From positions 310,001-374,000 of the forward strand of contig MU057487.1 in the NCBI GenBank assembly GCA_013265495.1: DNA of 64,000 nucleotides. Direction: 5' to 3'. The notes below the pieces were generated by a model. The model saw only the letters and a list, made by a program, of their open reading frames with translations. It was not told the origin of the DNA and made no database searches. Positions 1 through 11,481 of this stretch are shown here, one piece after another. Position numbers and translations under genes: made by a program. Origin of the DNA: Vicugna vicugna. Its lineage: Eukaryota. Positions within the stretch are counted from its first letter, which is position 1, and each line of letters opens with the position of its first letter.

Positions 1-830
1 AGTAGATGAGATTGCCAAAGGAGAGGATATAGAGTGAAAGAGGAGAGTTAAGGGCACAACCTTGAAGAAGGTGAAATGAGGAAGAGGATCTGGAAAAGGG
101 ATGGAGAAGGAATAATTAGAAAGCTAGGAGGAGAAAGAGGAAGAATCAGGAAAGGACCAGACATCACAGAAGCCAAGGGAGGAGGAAGTTTCAAGACGAG
201 AACTATGACAAATGTCACAGAGTTTCAGGGGAGGGAGGGTTACGGAAATGTGCTCTGTACTAGTCTCCACTTCCTCTGAGGTTTTGCCCTTAAAGAATCT
301 CTTAAATTCTGAACCTATCAGAAGGGCAGAGGCCAAGACGAAGTGGAGGCTTCGGGTATACAACATTGTTCCCAGAGACTGAGAAGGGAGAGTGAGAGAT
401 AGGATGGTACCTAGACAGAAATGCGCTTCCAAGTGAAAACATTCTCTAGGATGAGAAAGACTTAAGCTATTTTAAAGGATGACGGTAAAGAGTGGTAGTA
501 AAGGAAAATCTGAAGATAAATGATGAGGCAAAGTTGCTGAGAAGGCAAGAAGAAATCATGACTGGGCCACACATGAATGGGAGAAGGCTTTCCTCTGGGT
601 GGTGATGCTATTATGTTTGGGGAACAAGAGAAAAGAAGGTTTGAAAATAACATTTGGTAGACTTTGTTTTCTCAATTATTTAACGAGATGGGTGGAAAGG
701 GAAAGGGAGTAGGTCAAGTATAAATAGAGCCAATTTTCAGAGGACTCGAATGATATTGGAAGCCATGTATTTCTAGTAGCGTCAGTTCATACTGTTTTGA
801 TATTCTCTCCAGTAGTGTACAGCCCGCAGA
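1..830 (-). mobile_element. Ancient L2 LINE fragment(s)
   Basis: Purine-rich degenerate sequence ('agatgagattgccaaaggagaggatatagagtgaaagag...agaagccaagggaggaggaagtttcaag') resembling the antisense strand of L2; boundaries approximate. Confidence 0.55.
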
Positions 831-870
831 TACAAGGGAGGAGTCTCAGCCTTCATAGCAGTTCATTAAC

Positions 871-888
871 TTGGCCACCTGCTGGCCT
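871..888 (-). promoter_or_regulatory. Candidate CTCF site
   Basis: Minus strand AGGCCAGCAGGTGGCCAA matches the CTCF core CCASYAGRKGGC. Confidence 0.35.
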
Positions 889-1130
889 GATGTCCAAAAC
901 TCCACAATATTTCTCTGGCTAATTGCATAGGATATCAGGTGCTCAGCAGAGATCATAGCCTAGAATTATCCTTTATCCAGCTCTTGTCACAAGACCAGAT
1001 GAAGGAATTGTTATTTAAGAATATCGTCTAAGAGATCACTATCAACCAATTTGCATACGTTAGGCTTCCAGAACACTACATACCGGACTCTGTTTACTCT
1101 TCCTGAAAAATTTCTTTTTCTAAAGCGCAC

Positions 1131-2037
1131 TTTTTAAATTGAAGTATAATTAATTTATAATGTATTATTTTCTGGTACAGCATACTATGTACAGCATAAT
1201 GATTCAGTTGTACATATATACATATATTCCTTTTCATATTCTTTTTCATTATAGGCTATTACAAGGTATTAAAAATAGTTCCCTGTGCTATAGAGTAGGA
1301 CCTTGCTGATTATCTATTTTACATGTAGTGGTTAGTATGTGCAAATCCCAAACTCCCAATTTATCCCTCCCTACCTTCTTTCCCCTCTGGCAACCATAAG
1401 TTTGTTTTCTATGTCTGCAAGTCTGTTCCTGTTTTGTACATAAGTTCATGTCATTTTTTTTTAGATCCAAATATAAATAATATCATGTGGTGTTTTTCTT
1501 TCTTTTTCTGGCTTACTTCACTTAGTATGACAATCTCCAGGCCCATCTGTGTTGCTGCAAATAGCATTATTTTATTATTTTTATGGCTGAGTAGTATTCC
1601 ATTGTGTATATATTCCACGTCTCCTTTATCCAATCATCTGTTGATGGACATTTAGGTTGCTTCCATGTCTTGGCTATAGTAGATAGTGCTTCTATAAAGA
1701 TTGGGGTACATGTTATCTTTTCAAATTAGAGTTTCCTCTGAACATCTGCGAAGGAGTGGGATTGCTGGATCCTATGGGAAGTCTATTTTTAGATTTTAAG
1801 GAAACTCCATACTGTTTTCCATAATTGCTGCACCAGAATACATTCCCACCAACAGTATAGGAGGGTTCCATTTTCTCCACACCCTCTCGAGCATTTATTA
1901 TTTGTGGATTTTTAAATGATGACCATTTTGACCAATGCAAGTTGATACCTCATTGTAGTTTTGATTTGCATTTCTCTGATAATTAGCAATATTGAACATT
2001 TTTTCATATGCCTATTAACCATTTATATGCCTTTATT
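1131..2037 (-). mobile_element. 5'-truncated L1 (ORF2 C-terminus plus 3' UTR)
   Basis: Typical L1 ORF2 end ('gatacctcattgtagttttgatttgcatttctctgataattag', 'catctgttgatggacatttaggttgcttccatgtcttggct') and artiodactyl-type 3' UTR ending in a T-run; ORF 1451-1633 '...MLFAATQMGLEIVILSEVSQ'. Confidence 0.93.
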
Positions 2038-2245
2038 TTAATACTATCTCTTTTAATTTATTAAAAATAAGAACAATAATTGGAAATGTAAATAATGTTT
2101 TATAATTTTCACAATTTTTTGTTGAAGACATTTCTTATTATGTTGTTCAATGTCCCTTGTGTAAGGTCCAGTGTTAACAATTCTTTTTAGATTTTAATGT
2201 GATGAAATCATTTATCTCTCTTGAAGAACTGACATGCTTCATCTT

Positions 2246-2448
2246 TCTTTTTTTAAGTGTCTTTCTTTTTTTTAATTTTTTAATTGAAGTACAGTCAGTA
2301 TTTTTTAATAGACAATTTTTTTTAACTTTGGGCAGGAGGTAACTAGGTTTACTTATTTATTTATTTAGAGGAAGTACTGGGGATTGAACCCAGGCCCTCA
2401 TGCATGCTAAGCATGTGCTCTACCATTTGAGCTATTCCCTACCCGCCT
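2246..2448 (-). mobile_element. tRNA-Ala-derived SINE (camelid vic-1 type) with 16-bp TSD
   Basis: Minus strand 'atagctcaaatggtagagcacatgcttagcatgcatgagggcctgggttcaatccccagtac' carries A/B boxes; perfect TSD tgacatgcttcatctt at 2230-2245 and 2449-2464. Confidence 0.9.
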
Positions 2449-3640
2449 TGACATGCTTCATCTTAAATGATAATGAGAGTATTGTGCTTTCCCTTTTTCT
2501 CTTTGTGTACTAGGAAGCTCAAACCTAAATTTGCTCTTCAAGCACAGAAAATGTTTAGTTTACACATGTGGATATTAGCATCTTCTACCTTACTTCAGCA
2601 GCATTATTTTATACTTTTTATAATTGCGAAATGTCTCAACTCCACTTTAAGAGGAGTGAGTATATTAATACATACGCTTTTAAATGAAAGTGACTCCAAT
2701 GTAGATAGAGATCCTTATTGAAGTTTCTGTACATTATGAAGCAGACAGTAATAGAGGCTGAGAGATTTTCTTAACTGTAGAAGGTTGTTATACTCATAGT
2801 TGAATATGCTGAAAATGGAAGAAAATTTTTCTGTATGTTTAGTGTGACAGAAGAATCTTCAAGCAATGATCATATACCACAGGAGAATCATACTCTTTCA
2901 GATTAGTGAAAAAGGCATTCCTCTGGCTCACAGATGCTCTGACCATTGCTGTCTTTTCCTTTTTTCAGTGTGTTCTGGGGTTTGCTTTGTGGCTGTGCTG
3001 TGCCCGGTTTTGGTAGGGTTGTATGTGTGGGTGAACCATTCTCTCACTTTTTCAAGATCAATAGTGAGCTGCGCTGCTGTGCCTCTGTGAATTTACAACA
3101 GCCTCTTTTTCTGATCTCCCCTCTTCTTAGTCTTAGGAAAAGATACATCTGTTTGTAAAGTGACTATTCAGTGACGAATGGATAGGTAGCTTGCTTTTTA
3201 TCCACTTCCTAAGTTTTCCTGGTGTTCTCATCCTGTGCCTTCCGGACCATAATTGCTTGGGAAACTAAGCTTGATGTAGGATGAGATCAAAAAGACATCC
3301 TATGTCTCTTAGTCCTGTTAGTAAAGTTGGTTGTTAAATCACCATGTGCAGGGAGGCCCTATGCATTAATATATGTGAATGATGAATTACCCTTTGTTTT
3401 TGGCTAGATATGCTAGGTTTGACACTGTGAAAAGGCAAATTTCATTTTTTTCTACATACCAAAGGAAAGCTTAGTATTAGATCCTTGATCTGTCATTTTA
3501 AAAGTAAAATTTTACTTGAAAAGAACTTCTTAAAAATAAAAAAAAAATTGAGTGAGTGATTAATTTTTGAAGTACTTATATTCTCCTTTTCAATAGATTA
3601 TTTTTAGGCTCTCCTAGATTTGGAGGAATGCACAAGAATG

Positions 3641-3797
3641 GAGCTTCTCAAACGTTAGTATGCATACAGATCACCTGGGAACTAGATAAACTGAAGAGTC
3701 TGATTCAGTAGACCTGGGATGGACCTGGAGTCTGCATTTCTATTAGGCTCTCAGGTGATATTGATACTGCTGGTCCATGTACCATAATTTGGGTAAA
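3641..3797. mobile_element. MER5A-like hAT-Charlie DNA transposon
   Basis: 'cttctcaaac...atcacctggga...ctgattcagtagacctgggat...tctgcatttcta...caggtgatattgatactgctggtcc' matches the MER5A pattern. Confidence 0.75.
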
Positions 3798-4104
3798 ACC
3801 TTCGGAAGCCCCTTCTGATAATGTACATCTTATTATAGACCATTTGATGTGATGGTTTATGAGTTATTTCCTTCAGTCATTTATACATGTCTCAAGGCAA
3901 TACTCTATACTCCTGAAATAGGCAAACAATGGCATTTAAAATGTGCATACTTAGAAAGTTATACTAAAGATATTTATCTCTTCATTTCTTACATTCATTG
4001 ATCTTTAAAAAATATGCATTAACTTAGCCTGAATAATTCCTGAATGTAGCCTTGTAGTTAATCACATTTCTCATTACATGTATGCCTTCTACTAGAATAC
4101 TCTG

Positions 4105-4245
4105 CCCCAATAGAATATATCCCCTGATGGAAAGTAAACTTTTGAAGTATGGGATCTTTGTTTTATTTTGTTCACTGATGTATCTCCATCGATTAGAACA
4201 GTGCCTTGCACATAGCAGACACTCAATAAATATTATTTTAATTGA
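4105..4245 (+). mobile_element. L2 3' end
   Basis: 'tagaacagtgccttgcacatagcagacactcaataaatatt'. Confidence 0.7.
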
Positions 4246-4699
4246 ACTAAGTGGGGAGGGCATTTGTTTCAGTCTCTTTTTCTACCTCCGTTAGGAGTTG
4301 GATGATTTAAGAGCTTGCGAGGCTTCACATCAATTCTTGTTGCCAGCCCTATCAATGTAAGTGAAACAAGATAGTAGACTAATTATTCAATTTCCAAGGA
4401 CCAAAAACCTTGAAAGTGTTTGGTTGTTACTAAATTCTTCATAAATAATTTTTCTTTTTGTTTGCTTCTTTCTTATAATAGTGGAATAAAGCAAAGAAAG
4501 TATCCAATTAATTGCATGTTTCTTGGGTAGACTCTTAGTATTCCTGTTCACCTTTCACCTATCTAATTATTGAGGAAAAATCACTGCATTTACTATCAGC
4601 TAAAACTCTCAAGTTGTAATATTTTTTCTTATTTTCTTCCTTTTTATGAACATTGCTGTGCAGCACCAATATTACCCTTAGCACCCACATGCAGTAGGA

Positions 4700-4905
4700 A
4701 GTGCATTGAGTAGGAGGACCAGAAGGGCCCGGGTTTGGTCTCACATCCTCTGTCAGCTACCCATGTGACTCTGGACAAGTCAATACACCACTTTAAATCT
4801 GCATTCTCATCTGTAAAGGATCAGGCATGCCTTTCTTCCAGGCCTCCTATGAGGACTATAGGAACTGACATGGAAGTGCTTTTGAAACTGTAAAGTTTCA
4901 ATAAC
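4700..4905 (+). mobile_element. MIR SINE
   Basis: 'tgtgactctggacaagtca...ttctcatctgtaaag' MIR core. Confidence 0.6.
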
Positions 4906-7009
4906 TGTAGTTAGTTGCACTGTATTATCCCATAGCTTATATCATTATTTTCTCACTTTAGCTATTAATAACTGCCTTCTGGCCTCGGCTTTTCCCGGAA
5001 AGTTACAAGCAGTCACTTCTATTTATCATTTATTTGGAATGGTAGATTTTGTGTGGAAGGAAATATTTATCTAAGTCCCTGATTTGAAAAGAAAGTTAGG
5101 TGACTTACCTGAGGTTGCATACAGAGAAAAGACTTTCATTGTAGCCCAGCTTTTGCTCTCTGTAACTCCTGAAGCAGCTCCAGATTATTTACTTTCATAT
5201 GCTCCGCCTATTCGCTGATATTTTTCCATCCTTAATCTTTCTCTGTTGCTTTGAAGGCAAACATCAGCTTTATATCAGTATATTGACCAGTTAATTCATT
5301 TATTCAGCAAATATAGATCCTACTAATCATCCGGCATCAGGTATCAAAAATGAATCCGGTTGCAGATGTTAATGAAGTTTTTTTTAACATAGGCAAATAG
5401 CCATAGGAAATTATCAGCTATTATATTTACAGTAATAAAAGATATATGTATTTATATTATTATACAGTAAAATAATATTGTCTTGTTTCCAGACTTTATG
5501 TATATCCTGTAGTTCCTGTCACTGCCATGATCCTGAAGGAGAGGTAGAGAAACAATTATTGCCACATCAGTGTGGCATGGATGAGAAGAGGATGAGGAGA
5601 GGGTGTGGAGTTGTAGAAGATCTGATTTGAAAAGAAGACCCAGATGTCAGACTGCTGAGAATGTCAGAGTTTGAATTTGTCTTCCATCTGCTAATTTAGT
5701 CAAAATAGAGTAGACCCTGTCTTGCAAATTTCTACCAAAGACTGATGAATCGGGACTTTTTTTGTTAACTTTTCCTGCCCACTCATTTTTCTGATCATTT
5801 TCCCCTCCTTGTAGCATTTGTGCTAGAAAGTGACACTTTTGCAAGGAAGCTACCTTCTTGGTTTGTCTGGCAAAATGTCGTTAATCTTACAGTCCATTTA
5901 CATTTTCATACCAATATAAATATTTGACTGTAAGAAGAATGCATTGCAATGGTTTGCAGCTAGAGTTGGAGCCTCTGTGGACATGTGGCCCGCCTCCCTG
6001 TGAAGCAAAAGGCATATTACAAGCTGGTTTCTCAGCTGTGAAATGCCACTACTTAGGTCACATGCCTCAGTTAAAAAACTGCCAGGAGCAACGCCTTCTT
6101 CTTGGCAGAGAGGCGTGCCACCTGTCACCCAAAGCTGCCGTCCCCTCTGGCATCAAGCATGGGTAACTTTGATTCACTTCTGCATATAGGAAGGTTGTGT
6201 TCTCTGCCTTTTGCAGCATGCTTCTCTATAGTATTTATCTAAGGTAGAATTCATTCTGGTACTCACTAAATTGGGGATTATTGCCCATCCATATAGGGGC
6301 CAAATCTTAATCAAGAAGAATAGTTATAACCTTGGGGATAACATTTGATTAAAAATGTGAATTGTCTTACATGTGAAAGATAGCAGGCATATTTCCACTC
6401 GACACCTAGCCTTGAAGCCACCCTTGGTGACATGACAAGTTGCACCTTATGTTACTCCTTAATAGCATGCAAGGATTCCTGGAAATCAGCCTTAGAGAAC
6501 ACACATTCTGGACCCACTAGAGACCACATCACATAGACTCTTAAGACATACAAAATAAGAAACATATTTCATATCTTTACAAGCAGGTAAAACACTCCTT
6601 ACAGCATGTACTTTATTTTAGATTCCTTCCATAGCTTTGTAAGATCTGACAGAGTGTCAAGTACCAAGTAAGTGCTTGAGTAATGTATGTTGAATGAATA
6701 ACCAAATGGTGGTTCTGTTAAAGGTAATGTAATTGACATTTGGACTGGCCATGGTATTGGAATCATTTGGCTTCCTAGTTCTTTAAGAAGCGTATACTAT
6801 AAAACCAATAATACCCAACTTTTATGAAGCAATACAGGTTCCTTCTGCCATAATGATGTCAACTTGACACAAGTGTCAAACTTGAGGGTTTTACAATGTG
6901 TTTTCTCTTGCATTTTTGAGTGGTTCAAGAAAAAAAAAACTATACTAAAATGCATATCTTCCAAAATGTTTTCAAATATAATTCCTATTTTGGGCATTTC
7001 TTCTCTTTT

Positions 7010-7447
7010 TCTGGGTTGAATTGTTTCTCCCCAACAACATTCTTCAATCTTCATGCCCAATACCTCAAAATGTAGACCCTAATGGAAGAGAAGGTCTTTG
7101 CAGAGATAATCAAGTTAAAATGAGATCATTAGGGTGGGCCCTAATCCAATATGATAGATGTCCATATAAAAAGGGGAATTTTGGGTATAGAGACATAGAA
7201 ACAGGGAAAATACTATGTTAAGATGAAGGCAGAGAAAGGATGATGCATCCAAGTCAAGAAACATCAAAGATTGACAGCTAGGAAAGAGACATGCAACAGA
7301 CTCCACCTCATGGCCCTCAGAAGGTATCAACTCTGTTGACATCTTAAGATTGGACTTCTAGACACCAGAACTGGTAGATAATAAATTTCTGTTATTTAAG
7401 CCACTTAGTTCATACTTTGTTACAGCAACCCTAAGAAACTAATCCAG
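7010..7447 (+). mobile_element. MaLR solo LTR (MLT1B/C-like)
   Basis: 'gggttgaattgt...agggtgggccctaatccaatatga...aataaatttctgttatttaagccac...ttgttacagcaaccctaagaaactaatcca'. Confidence 0.85.
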
Positions 7448-7639
7448 TCTCCTCAGGTTATCATAAGCCTGGTCTGGGTTTAGGTACCTCCTGCATGTGC
7501 TGAGAAAAATGAGTCTTTATGGTACAACTGATGCTTATCTGGTTTATAGACTATTGGTTGCTTAACCTTTAACCTTCTCCACCATCTGACCCACTGCCTT
7601 CTACTCATGAATAGTAATATAACTTTGATGTCTATTATT

Positions 7640-7875
7640 ACTGAAAAATAATAATGCCAGTACCATTGATTGAGCATTTGTTGTGTGCATAGCACTGTGC
7701 TGTGTGTTTTATGAATATTACTTTATTTGGTCCTCCCAATAATCCTATGTGTAAGGTACTGTTATTATTCTGGAAAGATTAAAAATGCTTTTCTGAGTCA
7801 CACAGGCAAAAAATGGCAGACACAGGGTCAGAATGAGTCAGTCTCATTCCAAAGCTCGTGTCTGATCACTATATA
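7640..7875 (-). mobile_element. MIR SINE
   Basis: 'ttgagcatttgttgtgtgcatagcactgtgct...caataatcctatg...ggtactgttattatt'. Confidence 0.65.
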
Positions 7876-8567
7876 ATCTGTATAATAAGGTGCTACGGTA
7901 CTTAACAGGCTTATGATATTGTCAGCATTTGAATACCCATTTAAATGAGTAAGGAAAATGTAAATAACTAGGGCCTAGACTGTATTAGTGTGAGTCAGAT
8001 GTTAAAAAAATCAGGCCCTTGAGTCATATTGTATTTAATATACCTGTCCTAGTCAACCAGGAGGACCACATAGGACCCACTACCACATTATCGGAGCGTG
8101 ACGAGGGCTACGTGTTGATTTGTTTTAAAGCATACCTGATACTTCTTAGGAAATCTTCAAATTTGTAACTCTTGGAAATGATAATAAAAAGGCATATCTT
8201 GTTTTTTTGTCTGTGTGTGTCCAGAAAAATTCTGCAATTAAAAAAAAAAAGAAACAAACACACTTATATTTCTAAAAACAAGGGGTATTTTTAGTGGGCA
8301 AAGCAGAAGTAAGTTTTTACCTTCTCTGGAAAATTTCTAGGGCTTTAGTCCTGGGAAGTTTACTACATTTTAAAATTTTTACAACACTCTGAATTGACTC
8401 ATTCTCAAAAGCAGAATGTACACACTGCTAATTGATTTTCCAGTGGAGTGTTACTTCATGTGGAATCCATCCTCTCTTGTTTGGTCCCTAGTGTGATTAT
8501 GGGCACGTGTTTGTGAGATTCTTGGATTGTTGTAGGAGGAATTCAGGTGTTAGGTGAGGTTGGAATG
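7794..8567. promoter_or_regulatory. Candidate AP-1/TEAD/RUNX enhancer
   Basis: Five perfect TGA(G/C)TCA sites (7794, 7834, 7991, 8020, 8395), CATTCCA/TGGAATG (7845, 8561) and ACCACA (8065, 8082). Confidence 0.5.
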
Positions 8568-8774
8568 AGCCCAACAACCTGAGTAGCTAGGATTCTATGA
8601 GTAGGGGTTCATAGAATCTATCGGTTTGTAAAAGAGCAGTGTGATCATCCCTTCCTGGAGAAGGGTACCAATGACTTTGGCTTACCGATGAAGCCCTTTA
8701 AATCAGCCCTTTAAATTTTGGATCCTCTGTTTGTAGTTGGTATTCAAACAGATGTATAATATGAAGTTTGGGAG

Positions 8775-8980
8775 ATTCCTGGTTAAGAGGGAGGCTTCTG
8801 GAGTTAGACTTGGTTTGTTGTCCCGTATCTGTCATTTTTAAGCTTTATGACTTTAGGCAAGTAACTTAACCTCTCTAAATCTCATTCCTCCAACCTGTAA
8901 ATTGGAGATTATAGTTGTATTTACTTTTCATGGGATTAAACAAGATAATGACTGGTACACAATAAGAATTCAATAAAATA
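8775..8980 (+). mobile_element. MIR SINE
   Basis: 'ggttaagag...tctggagttagac...tgactttaggcaagtaacttaacctctcta...ctgtaaattggagat'. Confidence 0.75.
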
Positions 8981-10149
8981 ACATATGTACATACACACAG
9001 GCTAATAAGGTGATGGTGTGATATGGTGCATTCTACTTTGGTAATCTATTGGGAATGACCTTTCCTCCCTTTGTAAATATGTTACCTTTCAGAGCTAGCA
9101 TAGAATTTATTGGTAGAGGGGGGAAAAAAAGGCGCCATGTAATTCCTGTCCCGTAACTACTTTTCATCTGGAGAATTTTTGAGTGTTTAATAAGCTTCTG
9201 GTAAAAGATAGTACCTTTGGAAAGTATAGCACTTAAAGCTCTTTTCATTATCTCAGGGTTATCAGATAAGCATTTAGAGTGGGCATGACAGGGTAGCCAA
9301 GAGGGGAGAGCCAATCCTGCACAGGCCAGTTGGAGGACATCAGAGGTTATTTCTGTTTAAAATTTTTATTTGGCTTAGTTATGAACACGTGTATAACATG
9401 TATTTCCTGAAAGTCCCTGATGATCATCTTTAATCAGCATCATTATCATTTCCTAAGCACCCTTATGTAATGTTGGTTTATAGAAAGTAACGGCTTCTGT
9501 TCCCTACAAGGTTGAAATCTGAAATGGATGACACTAGGAAGGAAGTGGTGGGGTTCAATTCATGTTAATAAGATCACAAGCCTGAAAGCAGATACTTGTA
9601 GTCCTGGCTGTAACTTTCTTGAGGGTAGGATCCATTTTATTGTTTTTGTGATTCTTATGGCATCTATTACAACTCCTTTCCTACAGGTTGCAAATGTTAG
9701 TTGAAATAAATTGATCTTTGTTAAAGCAGGACTTGTTTCTCAGAATTGCGAAGCTGTGAGGAAGAGATATTCTTTGTCTCAGGGAAGAGATTAGTGATTT
9801 GAGAGTGTTTTCTGTACCCAAATGTTCCTAAATGTTTTTTGACTTTATTACATCCCCCCTCCTTACTATTTTCTGGGCATAATCTCAGCCCCTCTTCTGT
9901 TTGTATCTTAAATCTTCACTTTTTTTGCTTAGGGCTCTGGTTCTCACTTCTAGCTGTACGTTAGAGATGTCTGACTTCACTGACAGAGGTTCTGATAGAG
10001 CCTGGAAAGCAAGTAAATGTGTGCACACGCACACATGTGCAAGGCCTTCCACGGGATGAAGGGCCTGGAGGTGAAAAGCAAAGGAGGCAGAGAGTGGGTC
10101 TGGCACTGTGAATGTAAAGGGTGAACCTGCAGTGATATCATATAGTATC

Positions 10150-10545
10150 GCCTGTTCCATTCTTCCCCACACCCTAGCCATTGGCCTCATTGCCATCTTT
10201 GAACACATAAAAAAGGGTGCCCCCTCCTGGAAGCCTTGATGTTAGCTGTTTCCTCTGGCTGGAATCCACATTGGATCTTTTAGTGACTGACTGCTTCTTT
10301 CCATTAAGACTTTACTTGGTTCAAATGTTATTTCCACAAGAAGGTCTTCTCTATCCAACATATCACTCTTCTCCTCTCATTTTCTATCCTATTGATTTGT
10401 TTTATTTATTGATGCCATTTATGACTATTGGAAATTATCTCATTAATGCAATTGTTTACAATTTTACTGTTAGTCTCACCTACTAACAGGACACTGTTGT
10501 ATTTCAGTATTACCAGAGCCTAGAACAGTGCCTGGCACACAAAAA
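10150..10545 (+). mobile_element. L2 3' fragment
   Basis: 'ctagccattggcctc...ctgtttcctctggctggaat...cagagcctagaacagtgcctggcacac'. Confidence 0.7.
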
Positions 10546-11129
10546 TCTTGTTATATACATATATTCATATATATATATATCTAATTAATAACTAATGCAT
10601 GAATCTATTGAATATATATTAATATTCATTAAATACATAAATTTAATGAATAATCCAAAGAGTTTATTTGCAACAGGATTGACACATACATGTATAGACA
10701 TTGCTAATTGACTATAGTATCTTTTCTCCTGGATTCAGTATCATAGTTCTCTCAACACAGTTCTCAATCATCCAGTTAGCTTCAAATAAAAATCTTTTTT
10801 ATATCCCAAGTTTAAAAAGTAGTTTTTGTACACAGCTTTTTTAGTTGAGGAAATTGAGACTCAACTAGTAAGCAGTGTCTCCTTGCCCATTCAATCTTTC
10901 ATTCATTCAGAAAAAATATTTGTTGAGAATTTAGAATATAAGAAGCAAGATTCAGGTTTTTCCCAAAATGTGTCCAGTGCTTGGATCTTGTGCTGTGCTT
11001 GGTTATAATATGTTTTTCAACATATATTTGCTGAATTTAATTCAATAGGGGCCTTAAAAAGGTACACAATTACTTTCTATAAGGCTCCATAAGACAAATG
11101 CAAGTGGAATGATTACAGTGTAGATTATA

Positions 11130-11345
11130 GGGTAGAATTAGAGAAGGGATTTCAGACCGTCCATTCTAATGGCCTAATTTTACAGATGAGGAAGTTGAAA
11201 CCCAGAGAGGACAATAGCTTGTTTTCTATGATTGCCCATAGGATGACTAAAGGACTGACAGACTGAGCGTTGCTCGAGGTCAGGTGATTACTTTGTGGCG
11301 CAGTGGGTATCAGAGCTCTGTTCTCAGTCCAGGGCTCTTTCATCC
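11130..11345 (-). mobile_element. MIR SINE
   Basis: 'attttacagatgaggaagttgaaacccagagagg'. Confidence 0.65.
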
Positions 11346-11354
11346 CTACAAGCT

Positions 11355-11481
11355 GATCCCCAAATGTGTGTACTTAGAAACATCTGGGGCTCGAAACATG
11401 ATGATGTCCTGGGGCTTGAATTTTTACCATCCCTCCCCTTCAGGTAATTCTATTGTACAGCCAGATTTGGGGGAACCACTG
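11355..11481. mobile_element. MER5-like hAT fragment
   Basis: 'caggtaattctattgtacagccagatttgggggaaccactg' terminus. Confidence 0.5.

Noticed and set aside
2350..2448. tRNA-Ala gene (also 55325-55399)
   Set aside because: Degenerate stems and A-rich tails (plus a perfect TSD for the first copy) identify these as SINEs, not tRNA genes.
8591..8618. 10-bp perfect hairpin gattctatga/tcatagaatc as a miRNA
   Set aside because: Stem far too short for a pre-miRNA; may be two abutting MIR ends.
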